A stretch of DNA of 62,520 nt from a virus (taxonomy: Duplodnaviria > Caudoviricetes), in the IMG/VR virus record IMGVR_UViG_3300015050_000923, positions 1 through 62,520 of that record. One strand, given 5' to 3'. A program made the translations under genes and the position numbers. Every line of letters begins with the position of its first letter. The stretch's first letter is position 1. The notes under the pieces are model-generated. The model had not been told where the DNA came from. It made no database searches and saw nothing but the letters and a program-made list of their open reading frames with translations. Of the stretch, positions 38,701-45,452 are shown in pieces.

Positions 38701-41700
38701 CACGGATGCACCGGTGGACACAGATTCCGCGAAGTTTCAAAAGTGGTTCGGCGACTCGAAGGTCGTTGACGACACCGGCAAGCCGCTGGTGGTGTATCAC
38801 GGGACCAAGGACGAATTCTCAGAATTTCAAACCGACCTTCTTGGCGCGTTCTTCTCGTCATCGGAAGAAGCGGCGCTTCAATATGGCGATGTGACGGTGC
38901 CGGCATACCTGTCGTTGCAGAAACCGATGGAGGTTGATGCCGGCGGTTCGGCATGGGACTCCATACCATTTGACGCGGGTATTCGTGAGGTAACTCGGCG
39001 CTCAGGTCTCAAATTCGACGGATACGAAGATGGAACCATTGACACCGATACCCTGGCAAAAATAGCGCGCGGCGCAGGCTTTGACGGTCTTGTAGTGCGC
39101 AACGTCGATGATGGCGAGGGAATGGGTGGCTCTGCACCCACCGCTACGGTGGCCGTCGCCTTCCGCCCCGAGCAGATCAAAAGCGCCATAGGCAACAACG
39201 GCGACTTCGACCCTGCCAACCCAGACATCCGCTTCAGCCGCAGCTCCCTGCGCACCGGCCAGCCCCTGCCGCAAGCCTGGCAAGCCCCTGACGCATCCCG
39301 GATGGACGACTTCATCTACAACGTCCAGGACAAGCACGTCGACACCAAACGGGTTGTGCAGTCAGTGCGCGACGCGATCGGGCGCCTTGCCGAAAATCAG
39401 GACCCCTACCTTCAAGAAGAGCTGTACCACGGCCGCGCGGCAAAGGCGACGCAGGACTTCCTGCAATCGGAAATCCGGCCGCTGCTGACCGACCTGCAGG
39501 CGCGGGGCGTGGACATCTCCGACTTCGAGGAATACCTGCACAACCGGCACGCCGAGCGCCGCAACGTGCAGGTCGCCAAGGTCAACCCGGCCATGCCGGA
39601 CGGCGGCAGCGGCATTGACACCGTGGACGCCCGCGCCTACCTGGCCGGCCTGCCGCCGGGCAAGCGCCGGGCCTATGAGGCACTGGCCAAGCACGTCGAC
39701 GCCATCAACCGCGAGACGCGGGACCTGCTGGTATCCAGCGGGCTGGAAAAGCAGGAAACCATCGACGCATGGGACGCGGCTTACGGCGACGAGTACGTGC
39801 CGCTGATGCGCGAGGAAATGGACGGCGGCGGCCAGGGCATCGGCCAAGGCTTCAGCGTCAAGGGCGGCTCGAGCAAGCGCGCCATGGGCAGCAACAAGCC
39901 GGTGGCCGACATCCTGGCGAACATCGCCCTGCAGCGCGAAAAGGCCATCACGCGCTCCGAAAAGCGCCGCATCGGCGAAGCCCTGTACGGCATGGTGTTG
40001 ACCGCGCCGAACCCGGACTTCTGGTTCGCCGTGGATCCGGCGCTGCAGCAGGACCCGGCCCAAATCACCGAAACTGCCAACCAGCTGATCAACATGGGCA
40101 TGAACCCGGCGGACGCCGACAGCATCGCCGCCGAGCCGACCCAGCGTTACATCGACCCGAGGACCAACCTGGTGTCGGAGCGCATCAACCCGGCCCTGCG
40201 CAATGCCGACAACGTGCTGGCCGTCAGGATCAACGGCGAGGACAAGTTCGTGTTTTTCAACGCGCGTGACCCGCGGGCGATGCGGATGGCAAAGTCGCTC
40301 AAGAACCTGGACGCCGACCAGCTGGGCGAGGTCATGGGCACCGTGTCGAAGATGACCCGGTATTTCTCGGCCATCAACACCCAGTACAACCCGATTTTCG
40401 GTGTCGTCAACGTGACGCGCGACATCCAGGCGGCGCTGCTGAACCTGCAGTCGACCCCGCTCAAGGGCAAGCAGGGCGAAGTCTCCAAGCTGGTGATGCC
40501 GGCGCTGCGAGGTATTTACATCGACCTGCGCAACCGCCGGGCCGGAAAGCCCTCGAACTCGGTGTATGCCAGCCTGTTCGAGGAATTCCAGAAAGAAGGC
40601 GGCGCCACCGGCTACCGGGATATGTACGCCAATGCGAAGGAGCGCGCTGAGGCGATCGCCGATGAGCTGCAAGGCCTGAAAGACGGCACCGTCAAGAAAG
40701 CCGGCAAGGGCATCATGGGCTGGCTGTCGGATTACAACGACTCCATGGAGAACGCCGTGCGCCTGGCCGCGTACAAGGTCGGCAAGGACAGCGGGCTGTC
40801 GAACCAGCAAGCCGCCAGCATCGCCAAGAACCTGACCACCAACTTCAACCGCAAGGGACAGATCGCCCTGCAGGCCGGCGCGCTCTGGGCCTTCTTCAAC
40901 GCCTCGGTTCAGGGGACGGCGCGCATCGGCGAGACGATGTTCAAGAACGGCAGGCTGACGGGGCTCGGCAAGAAGATCCTGACCGGCGGCCTGATGCTGG
41001 GATCAATGCAGGCCATGCTGCTGGCCGCCTTCGGGTTTGACGACGACGAGCCGCCAGACTTTGTTCGCGAGCGCAGCCTGGTGCTGCCCATCGGCGGCAG
41101 CAACTACATCAGCATCCCGATGCCGCTGGGCTTCCACGTGCTGCCGAACCTGTCCCGCATTCCCACGGAATGGGCGCTGGGCGGCTTCAAGGACACGCCC
41201 AAACGCATTGCCCAGCTGGTGGGCCTGTTTGCTGATGCCTTCAACCCCATCGGCTCGGCCGGCCTGTCGCTGCAGACGCTGACGCCGACCATCATCGATC
41301 CTCTGGCCGCGCTGGCTGAAAACCGGGACTTCACCGGGAAGGCGATCTACAAAAAGGACTTCAACAGCATGGAGCCGACGGCCGGCCACACGCGTGCGAA
41401 GGACACTGCCACGCCCTGGGCGAAAGCCATGAGCTACGCAGTGAACTGGCTCACCGGCGGCACGGACTTCAAACCTGGGGTGGCCAGCCCGACGCCGGAC
41501 CAGATCGACTACCTGATCGGTCAGGTGACCGGCGGCGTCGGCCGCGAAGTCTCCAAGCTGGGCCAGATGGGCGAAAGCGCCATCACCGGCGAGGAATTGC
41601 CGCTCTACAAGATCCCGCTGGTGGGCCGGTTTGTGGGCACGACGGAAGGCCAAGCCGCAGCGTCTTCCAGGTTCTACAACAACCTGAAAAAGATCGGCGA

Positions 41701-41971
41701 GCACGACACCGAATTGAAGGGCTTGAAGTCAGCCGGGCGCGCCGGCGAGTACCGTGAATATCTGGCCGACCACCCGGAGGCTGTGCTGGCAAAACCAGCT
41801 GACCAGATTTACCGGGATGTCCGAAAACTGGTCAAGGCCAAGCGGGAAGCCGTCGCGGCCGGCGTTTCAAGGGAGCGCGTCAAGCTGATGGAGATGCAGA
41901 TTTCCAGCCGGATGACGGAATTCAATAACCGGGTAAAGGCTATTGAAGAGCGCGAAGCAGCGGAACAATGA
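32759..41971 (+). CDS. Giant polyvalent virion/injected protein (ParB-like, LPD5/LPD1, GNAT, zincin, ART-like, LPD38-like domains)
   Basis: ILVSQDGHVLDGHHQ; GEKIGGARKD; FGFRGVEFG/LAHEWFHALD; RRGSGIA..GFWDKMG; AAHELMH; KPLVVYHGT...EQIKSA. Confidence 0.85.
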   Translation: MDFLDYLVQNGDLPKNLSGLPDPGSAPAPAAARAPRPVATSEPAGGLDFLDFLDQNKAAAPPAAPAERTGWEAVKDTGAQLAEGANTVLGAVPSLIAPEGKVAQFFSDNADYWRNMQSEPLKARAQAAGAKIDEAGQNGIVAQIVEAAKQYTSDPGLAARFVTTNLPSMIPGIGAAKVAQAAALARGATAVRAGTAATGAAAGANAVLNAGGARGEGFEDIRDTLIKQGVSPEEATDLALRDSRVIAAVGGLAGALSGATGLEKSLINGAARAAPRSALAAGAKSAGAELAGEQVEEVAPKLTTNYQAGQYDNRPLGQDVGRTIVETAIGSGPGAIAGGIIDSVGQASANAMPQPDPETTPPASDPITDPIREIAGAKSVDEVIAAATSGLDRAMAEAGTRRAARQADIARQSEQEMMATTQQRRDAEQAELDDLIATEGQNLKLRRGFAIADQLTARQRAAEEQTIVDESRQALGALPEQQVAAAASADETGQMTAMQLAMQRARQRLSQKTATRSPEWEVFAPETGTIGIPRAEMPQIKAEHRGAMVNFMNARGVAHQEEMAEASDLKPTQAEYSPAKVQQAKDFTGGNRAILVSQDGHVLDGHHQLLAAQEQGIPVRIIRLDAPIDRLVKLARDFPSSSIDESSQNQPAAPEQRGLAAIESVAPDNVQNTPVRPSGQAETTTKTAADQTPAPERSGDDGTAAAGAEAGAGGLEAAGVDQPLVTAPQTDAARDAAAQAAQETAPAERAPQGKQVSFYPGKYGKGMGKEAAKLEAQRLNRVNAGKGITYAAEEHNDPKLENPYAVVGRKAVSQKKQAPAPAPQEPAATEKIADADQTAAETSELGNLSRAQQAAGEFFADATPAVHRAEADRITKVANGLTKLPDIKRRYEALAESHRLAADRKERAGDEGPAAADPADEIKATLDANNVTGRERLDVIKDVKAGALTVGEVKDAYPTKIDDIGEKIGGARKDTAVSTGARKKAASEDDGRPTWAKRFQIAQVAGGFDMSVNGRDITGKWTISDLRTRDRYDQPKRMGDYFDSREAAEAALPLLALAQKHRPVPVNAADGQKYEIWRDINDRKRVKVVDRQFDTRVEAMQYMAQNATEILETNTTFGEADLPKPESTARKGVERRTGDVKGEDFRDTFGFRGVEFGLWNNQDERQEVMNAAYDGLLDLADVLKVPPKAIGLDGDLALAFGARGKGLSGARAHYETNRVVMNLTKMNGAGALAHEWFHALDHYLARQDGKTAAEWKVNKDGTRSLEVNGGEADMASSGFRRTNSGVREELRAAYTSLVQSLFTKAEQYVEDTARADKFVAVARGELEKDLNDLRKDLSEQKDVRYYKRNNKPATAEQLAEFDTMAAELIEGRGLGTEWKTMPGKNRLYIQTRHTNDTLEKLNELYKAVRGRSGFNAERRGVLDSLTGYMRRYDQRLQMMREANTLVPKTKRVPTSFAMDAKSLDQGRGGDYWTTPHEMVARAFQGYVEDAIAAKEGRSPFLNYAPENVGILTPWGAKRPYPAGEERKAMNAEFEKFIDVLETKETDKGVMMFSRAAPAGPVPAMEPIQTKNGATAFKTPEIALANPRLNVRQPGGAVTRIDFEIRDRAVYARAIKNGDTPAQAKEEASVGIITLDMDAAGVFKSLRNIEVFESRRGSGIAEKVVGGIMESLPAGAALNIHDILPTATGFWDKMGAKFPRSEDTVVTANLTPEQFRSAYDSRTRAAGAQGQRQESRAAEYAGAGSGRSGADGAPAPRAVRNPSTVASVQAAVAELIGGKWLPNKLGRVVATTSAEIKSYWEPQIGQNVQLGSEGEAGQAQAFFDPRTKTVFLIADNIPAGDETAVAAHELMHKHGQAVLGQDGWDKLHGIISTWADAPEDSDERAVYNYARSRVEAVGMELSSQEMFPYAVEAAIKMGIKPSVAAKKGTVARWLASVKYAMQQAWGKITGKPETFKTQDLVDLAFGIAQMENPESAAAMGRITDAPVDTDSAKFQKWFGDSKVVDDTGKPLVVYHGTKDEFSEFQTDLLGAFFSSSEEAALQYGDVTVPAYLSLQKPMEVDAGGSAWDSIPFDAGIREVTRRSGLKFDGYEDGTIDTDTLAKIARGAGFDGLVVRNVDDGEGMGGSAPTATVAVAFRPEQIKSAIGNNGDFDPANPDIRFSRSSLRTGQPLPQAWQAPDASRMDDFIYNVQDKHVDTKRVVQSVRDAIGRLAENQDPYLQEELYHGRAAKATQDFLQSEIRPLLTDLQARGVDISDFEEYLHNRHAERRNVQVAKVNPAMPDGGSGIDTVDARAYLAGLPPGKRRAYEALAKHVDAINRETRDLLVSSGLEKQETIDAWDAAYGDEYVPLMREEMDGGGQGIGQGFSVKGGSSKRAMGSNKPVADILANIALQREKAITRSEKRRIGEALYGMVLTAPNPDFWFAVDPALQQDPAQITETANQLINMGMNPADADSIAAEPTQRYIDPRTNLVSERINPALRNADNVLAVRINGEDKFVFFNARDPRAMRMAKSLKNLDADQLGEVMGTVSKMTRYFSAINTQYNPIFGVVNVTRDIQAALLNLQSTPLKGKQGEVSKLVMPALRGIYIDLRNRRAGKPSNSVYASLFEEFQKEGGATGYRDMYANAKERAEAIADELQGLKDGTVKKAGKGIMGWLSDYNDSMENAVRLAAYKVGKDSGLSNQQAASIAKNLTTNFNRKGQIALQAGALWAFFNASVQGTARIGETMFKNGRLTGLGKKILTGGLMLGSMQAMLLAAFGFDDDEPPDFVRERSLVLPIGGSNYISIPMPLGFHVLPNLSRIPTEWALGGFKDTPKRIAQLVGLFADAFNPIGSAGLSLQTLTPTIIDPLAALAENRDFTGKAIYKKDFNSMEPTAGHTRAKDTATPWAKAMSYAVNWLTGGTDFKPGVASPTPDQIDYLIGQVTGGVGREVSKLGQMGESAITGEELPLYKIPLVGRFVGTTEGQAAASSRFYNNLKKIGEHDTELKGLKSAGRAGEYREYLADHPEAVLAKPADQIYRDVRKLVKAKREAVAAGVSRERVKLMEMQISSRMTEFNNRVKAIEEREAAEQ
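34698..34755 (+). repeat. REP-like dispersed element, copy 4 (in frame inside giant gene)
   Basis: CAGC-N22-GCTAT-N7-GTAGC with internal 9-bp hairpin CAGCCCCCG/CGGGGGCTG. Confidence 0.75.
35200..35256 (+). repeat. REP-like dispersed element, copy 5 (in frame inside giant gene)
   Basis: CAGC-N22-GCTAC-N7-ATAGC. Confidence 0.72.
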
Positions 41972-42089
41972 TGGAGGCGGCGAGCATCAGCAGGATGGCG
42001 CCGATCCACACCATTTGCATGTTGATGCGGCTCAGGCCCCCTACTATGCAAAGAAACGCGCCGAAGACCAGCACCGTGATTAATTCCAT
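41940..42089 (-). CDS. Small 2-TM membrane protein (moron)
   Basis: MELITVLVFGAFLCIVGG...VWIGAILLMLAASIIV. Confidence 0.55.
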   Translation of the reverse strand: MELITVLVFGAFLCIVGGLSRINMQMVWIGAILLMLAASIIVPLLRALQ

Positions 42090-42213
42090 GGGCGGATTAT
42101 GTGCCTGCCCAGCAGGCTTTTCAAGGCAGGGCCTCATTAGGACCTGCGGCGGCAGGATGATCAATCTCCCGATCGCGCGTGACTTGTTTTTGGGGTATTC
42201 GCGGGCGCGGAGC

Positions 42214-42453
42214 TTAATTTATTTCAAGTCTGACATCGATCCGCACCAGATCAAGGTCGCCAAAGTCGGTTTGTTGCCCATGCTTGATGCTCACGTCAAC
42301 TTCGCTTCTAAGCAGTTCCCCAACCGCTGCCGGCATATCGTCGGGCGCTTCCTCGTCAAACACGCGCACTTTGACCGCACGCGTTCCGTCTGGATCGTGC
42401 GCAATCAGCATTTGCCCGAGTTCACGCGCTGTCATCAGTGATGTTTTGTCCAT
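42214..42453 (-). CDS. Hypothetical protein (moron)
   Basis: Acidic globular-looking ORF in a leftward series. Confidence 0.5.
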   Translation of the reverse strand: MDKTSLMTARELGQMLIAHDPDGTRAVKVRVFDEEAPDDMPAAVGELLRSEVDVSIKHGQQTDFGDLDLVRIDVRLEIN

Positions 42454-42457
42454 GGAG

Positions 42458-42634
42458 CTATTGCGGAGGGCTTTGCCAGCCCTCATTTTCGGCCCTACGC
42501 TCTCCCGGAGTGGCGCGGCGGAACAGCGCACAAAGGATGCCGACAAGCATAATGGCGCAAAAAACCCATTCGGTCAGCACATTGTCCAGTTCTACAAGGA
42601 AAGACGGCAGGTAGGACAGAAGTTCGGTCAGCAT
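42458..42634 (-). CDS. Small single-TM protein (moron)
   Basis: WVFCAIMLVGILCALF. Confidence 0.45.
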   Translation of the reverse strand: MLTELLSYLPSFLVELDNVLTEWVFCAIMLVGILCALFRRATPGERRAENEGWQSPPQ

Positions 42635-42641
42635 TTGGAAA

Positions 42642-42848
42642 TCATACGCCTTCTGTACAGCACTGCCCGTGCGACTTGCCCCAGTGCAGACGCAGGCCAT
42701 CACCAAAGAAGTTAAAGCCGCCGGAAGATTGCCCGTCGTCCGGGGCTGTCTTGCCCCACGGGAAGGCAAAGCAGACCTCGAACAAGCCCCGCCCCAGCCC
42801 CAGCCGCCCCCATCTCATGCGCCGCTCGCCTCCTACTCTGATTCCCAT
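42642..42848 (-). CDS. Hypothetical protein (moron)
   Basis: AGGGGTG RBS; tiles with downstream ORFs. Confidence 0.45.
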   Translation of the reverse strand: MGIRVGGERRMRWGRLGLGRGLFEVCFAFPWGKTAPDDGQSSGGFNFFGDGLRLHWGKSHGQCCTEGV

Positions 42849-42975
42849 ACTTCACCCCTAGAAAACTTTGGAATAGCCAAATCCGATTATAGGGAAACGC
42901 CGTCGGGCAGGGCCACCGCATCATGTTCTCGCCGATCTATGCAGCATCGCGGATTGGCTATTTCCACGGTTGACC

Positions 42976-43287
42976 CTATTGCGGGTAGGGCAGCGCCGGC
43001 GCCTTCTTGCCCAGCACCGACCGCGGATCCGTGTGGCGCCGGCATGCCCACCTGAGCGCCCGGATGTGCGCGGCCACCAGTCGGCGCCAGTCCACCGATT
43101 CCAGCACGGCCGCCGGCAGCAGGGAAAAGCTGGAGAAATGCGTCATGCCGGGCCGGTGGTGCGGGATCTGCACCAGGCTGTCGAAGGTGATGGTCCACAT
43201 GCCACCGCGCAGCTCGGCGCTCAGGCGCTTGAACCTGGCCAGGCCGGCGATCCAGCGCAGGAAGTCGTCGGGGTAGGGTAGATCCAT
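42976..43287 (-). CDS. Hypothetical protein next to attP
   Basis: 103-aa ORF, plausible codon usage. Confidence 0.5.
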   Translation of the reverse strand: MDLPYPDDFLRWIAGLARFKRLSAELRGGMWTITFDSLVQIPHHRPGMTHFSSFSLLPAAVLESVDWRRLVAAHIRALRWACRRHTDPRSVLGKKAPALPYPQ

Positions 43288-43299
43288 GGGAAAGTAGGA

Positions 43300-43565
43300 G
43301 GGTTGCGGCGTAACTTACGGCGTAGGTTTCACGTGAAGCAATCGAATTTACCTGCAGAGAACCGCCATCAAGGATAACTATGTTCATTATGCTGGCCGGT
43401 TTTGCAAGTGATTGAATTTGCTCATCTTTTTCGTGTATGGCGTTGATCTGCCTGGATATTTTCTGTTTTTGGCGTAACTTTTTTGCCGCGACAATTTCGC
43501 ATCGAAGCCCATCTAGGCCCGGCTACACTTGCCACACTCGTCAGGTTTTGGCGTAACTTTTTCAT
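43300..43565. other. attP: attP region with integrase arm-type repeats and an IHF-like site
   Basis: GGCGTAACTT at 43307, 43471, 43550, variant at 43319; CAAGTGATTGAAT (IHF-like, 1 mismatch) 43405-43417; AT-rich, adjacent to int. Confidence 0.8.
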
Positions 43566-43598
43566 CTTCACAGCGGACATCCAAGAGACGGGCAGAGC

Positions 43599-44864
43599 AT
43601 GCATTTTGACGCACGCGCGGCAAAGCAGCTGAAAGCCGGTGAGCACATTGTCGTCGACGGGTGCCCCGGCCTGCGGCTTGTGGCCACCACCACCCGCCGG
43701 ACATGGGTCTATCGGTACAAGGACCCGGCCACCGGCCTGATGAAGCAGATCAAGCTGGGCAGCTGGCCGGCCATGCCGCCCGCCGATGCCGGGACAAAGT
43801 GGCAGGAACTGCGCGGCCGGCGCGACGGCGGCGAGGACCTGCGGGCCACGCTCAAAGCCAGCAAGCGCGTACAGAGCGGACCGCAGGCCGGGTACACCCT
43901 GGCCCAGATGGTCGAGGATTACCACCTCGGTTACCTGGCCCGCCGGCGCGAAGCCAAGGGCGCCAAGGCCGTACACCAGCGCCTGGTCAACGCCATTGCG
44001 CCACACGCCGACCTCCCGGCCAGCGCCGTCAACCGCCGGTTTGCCTTCGACCTGATCGAACACCTGAGCGATCGCCCGGTGCTGGCAGGCAGCGTCAAAA
44101 CTGAGCTCGGCGCCGCCCACAACTACGCCATGGACGCCGGCCGCATACCCGAGGATCTGCCGAACTGGTGGGTGCTGGTGCATGCGCGTAAGCTGCGCAG
44201 CAAGGGCGCGCTGCGGGACGGTGTGCACAAGGGCACCGCGAAGCGAGTCCTGTCAGACCCTGAAATCAAAACCTTGCTGGCCAGCGACCTGCAGAGATTC
44301 AGCCAGCAGGTGCAGGACTTCCTGGTCATCCAGCTGTGGACCTGCACGAGGGGCGCGGAAATCGTGTGCATGCGCGGAGTAGACGTCACGGAAGAATCGG
44401 ATGGCTGGTGGTGGACCATCCCCAAGGAATTCACCAAAGGCCGGAACAACGAGCGCGCCACGGCCCTGCGGGTGCCGCTGATCGGCCGGGCGCTGCTGGT
44501 GGCCCAGCGGCTGGTTGAGGAGAACGGGCGAGGGTGGCTTTACCCCAGCGTCTCGCGCGCTGGCGTGGCTGGCCACCAGCAGCAGGCCTACATGCAGTCC
44601 AAGGTGCACTACCTGCAGCCCTACAGCAAGGCCCGAGAGGATCACGTCCGCGAGCGCCTGAGCGTGACGCACTGGAGCCCGCACGACCTGCGCCGCACCG
44701 GGCGGACTATGCTGGCGTCGATGGGTTGCCCGAACGAGGTGGGGGAGGCGATCCTGGGCCACGTCCAGCCCGGCGTGGTGGGGGTCTACAACCTATACGC
44801 CTACGACCCAGAGCGCCGGCTGTGGCTGGGCAAACTGGCCGAGCGGCTGGATTCGCTGGCTTAG
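43599..44864 (+). CDS. int: Tyrosine integrase (P4-like, arm-binding N-terminal domain)
   Basis: DGCPGLRL arm domain; T.TR..E, HDLRRT, LGH, YN.Y catalytic residues. Confidence 0.96.
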   Translation: MHFDARAAKQLKAGEHIVVDGCPGLRLVATTTRRTWVYRYKDPATGLMKQIKLGSWPAMPPADAGTKWQELRGRRDGGEDLRATLKASKRVQSGPQAGYTLAQMVEDYHLGYLARRREAKGAKAVHQRLVNAIAPHADLPASAVNRRFAFDLIEHLSDRPVLAGSVKTELGAAHNYAMDAGRIPEDLPNWWVLVHARKLRSKGALRDGVHKGTAKRVLSDPEIKTLLASDLQRFSQQVQDFLVIQLWTCTRGAEIVCMRGVDVTEESDGWWWTIPKEFTKGRNNERATALRVPLIGRALLVAQRLVEENGRGWLYPSVSRAGVAGHQQQAYMQSKVHYLQPYSKAREDHVRERLSVTHWSPHDLRRTGRTMLASMGCPNEVGEAILGHVQPGVVGVYNLYAYDPERRLWLGKLAERLDSLA

Positions 44865-45121
44865 TGCGCGTCTGCCGTGGCTTTGGGCTTCTTTGCCCCG
44901 GTGTTTTTCGGCGGCAAGAGTTCTGAAACGGGCCTGGATTCGCACCATTCATCAAGCTCACGCACCAGCCATGCTGTCCGGCGGCCGGACAGCTGCCGCG
45001 GCTTGGGGAATTTGTCCTCGCGAACCAGCTGTTGCACCGTGGATTCGCCGAGGGAGACATAGATGCAGGTGCCGTCGATGTCCAGGTATGCCGGCTTCAC
45101 GGCCACTATTGCATTCATCAT
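44861..45121 (-). CDS. alpA: AlpA-family regulator/excisionase
   Basis: FPKPRQLSGRRTAWLVRELDEW; convergent on int. Confidence 0.9.
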   Translation of the reverse strand: MMNAIVAVKPAYLDIDGTCIYVSLGESTVQQLVREDKFPKPRQLSGRRTAWLVRELDEWCESRPVSELLPPKNTGAKKPKATADAH

Positions 45122-45321
45122 TCCCTCCAGTTCAGGCAGCCAGCCGTGGTGCAGCGGCCGGTGGTGGCACCGCTGGTGTGCACGGTGAAGTTCAGGCGCT
45201 GCCGGCAGGCGGTGCAGGGGATTTGGCCGGTGACAGGCTTGGCAGGCCGGAATTCAGGGCAGTGCTGGGTCCTGATGACGTTCAGGGCCCTGGCGGTGGC
45301 GCCGTGGACGGTGGTGGTCAT
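45118..45321 (-). CDS. Small Zn-finger protein
   Basis: CTAC...CTTAGCLNWRE. Confidence 0.65.
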   Translation of the reverse strand: MTTTVHGATARALNVIRTQHCPEFRPAKPVTGQIPCTACRQRLNFTVHTSGATTGRCTTAGCLNWRE

Positions 45322-45452
45322 CGAAAAAACACGTAGATGAAAACGACGGCCACCACGGCCGCGGCCAGCGCACAGCCCACGATGGCGAACGCGCCGGGCC
45401 AGGTCAGGGTGTTGGCGGCGCTGATCAACAGCGCGAAGGTTTCGCCGTTCAT
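45318..45452 (-). CDS. 44-aa membrane microprotein
   Basis: LTWPGAFAIVGCALAAAVVAVVFIYVFF; ATGA overlaps on both sides. Confidence 0.6.
   Translation of the reverse strand: MNGETFALLISAANTLTWPGAFAIVGCALAAAVVAVVFIYVFFR

Noticed and set aside
42887-43387. 166-aa ORF starting MNIVILD as a real full-length gene
   Set aside because: Runs through attP arm repeats and overlaps a better ORF; only the first seven codons look meaningful
43362-43397. dif-like Xer site (GCATAATGAACA on minus strand)
   Set aside because: Only the XerC-side GCATAA matches; the XerD arm TTATGTTAAAT is absent and the phage has its own integrase
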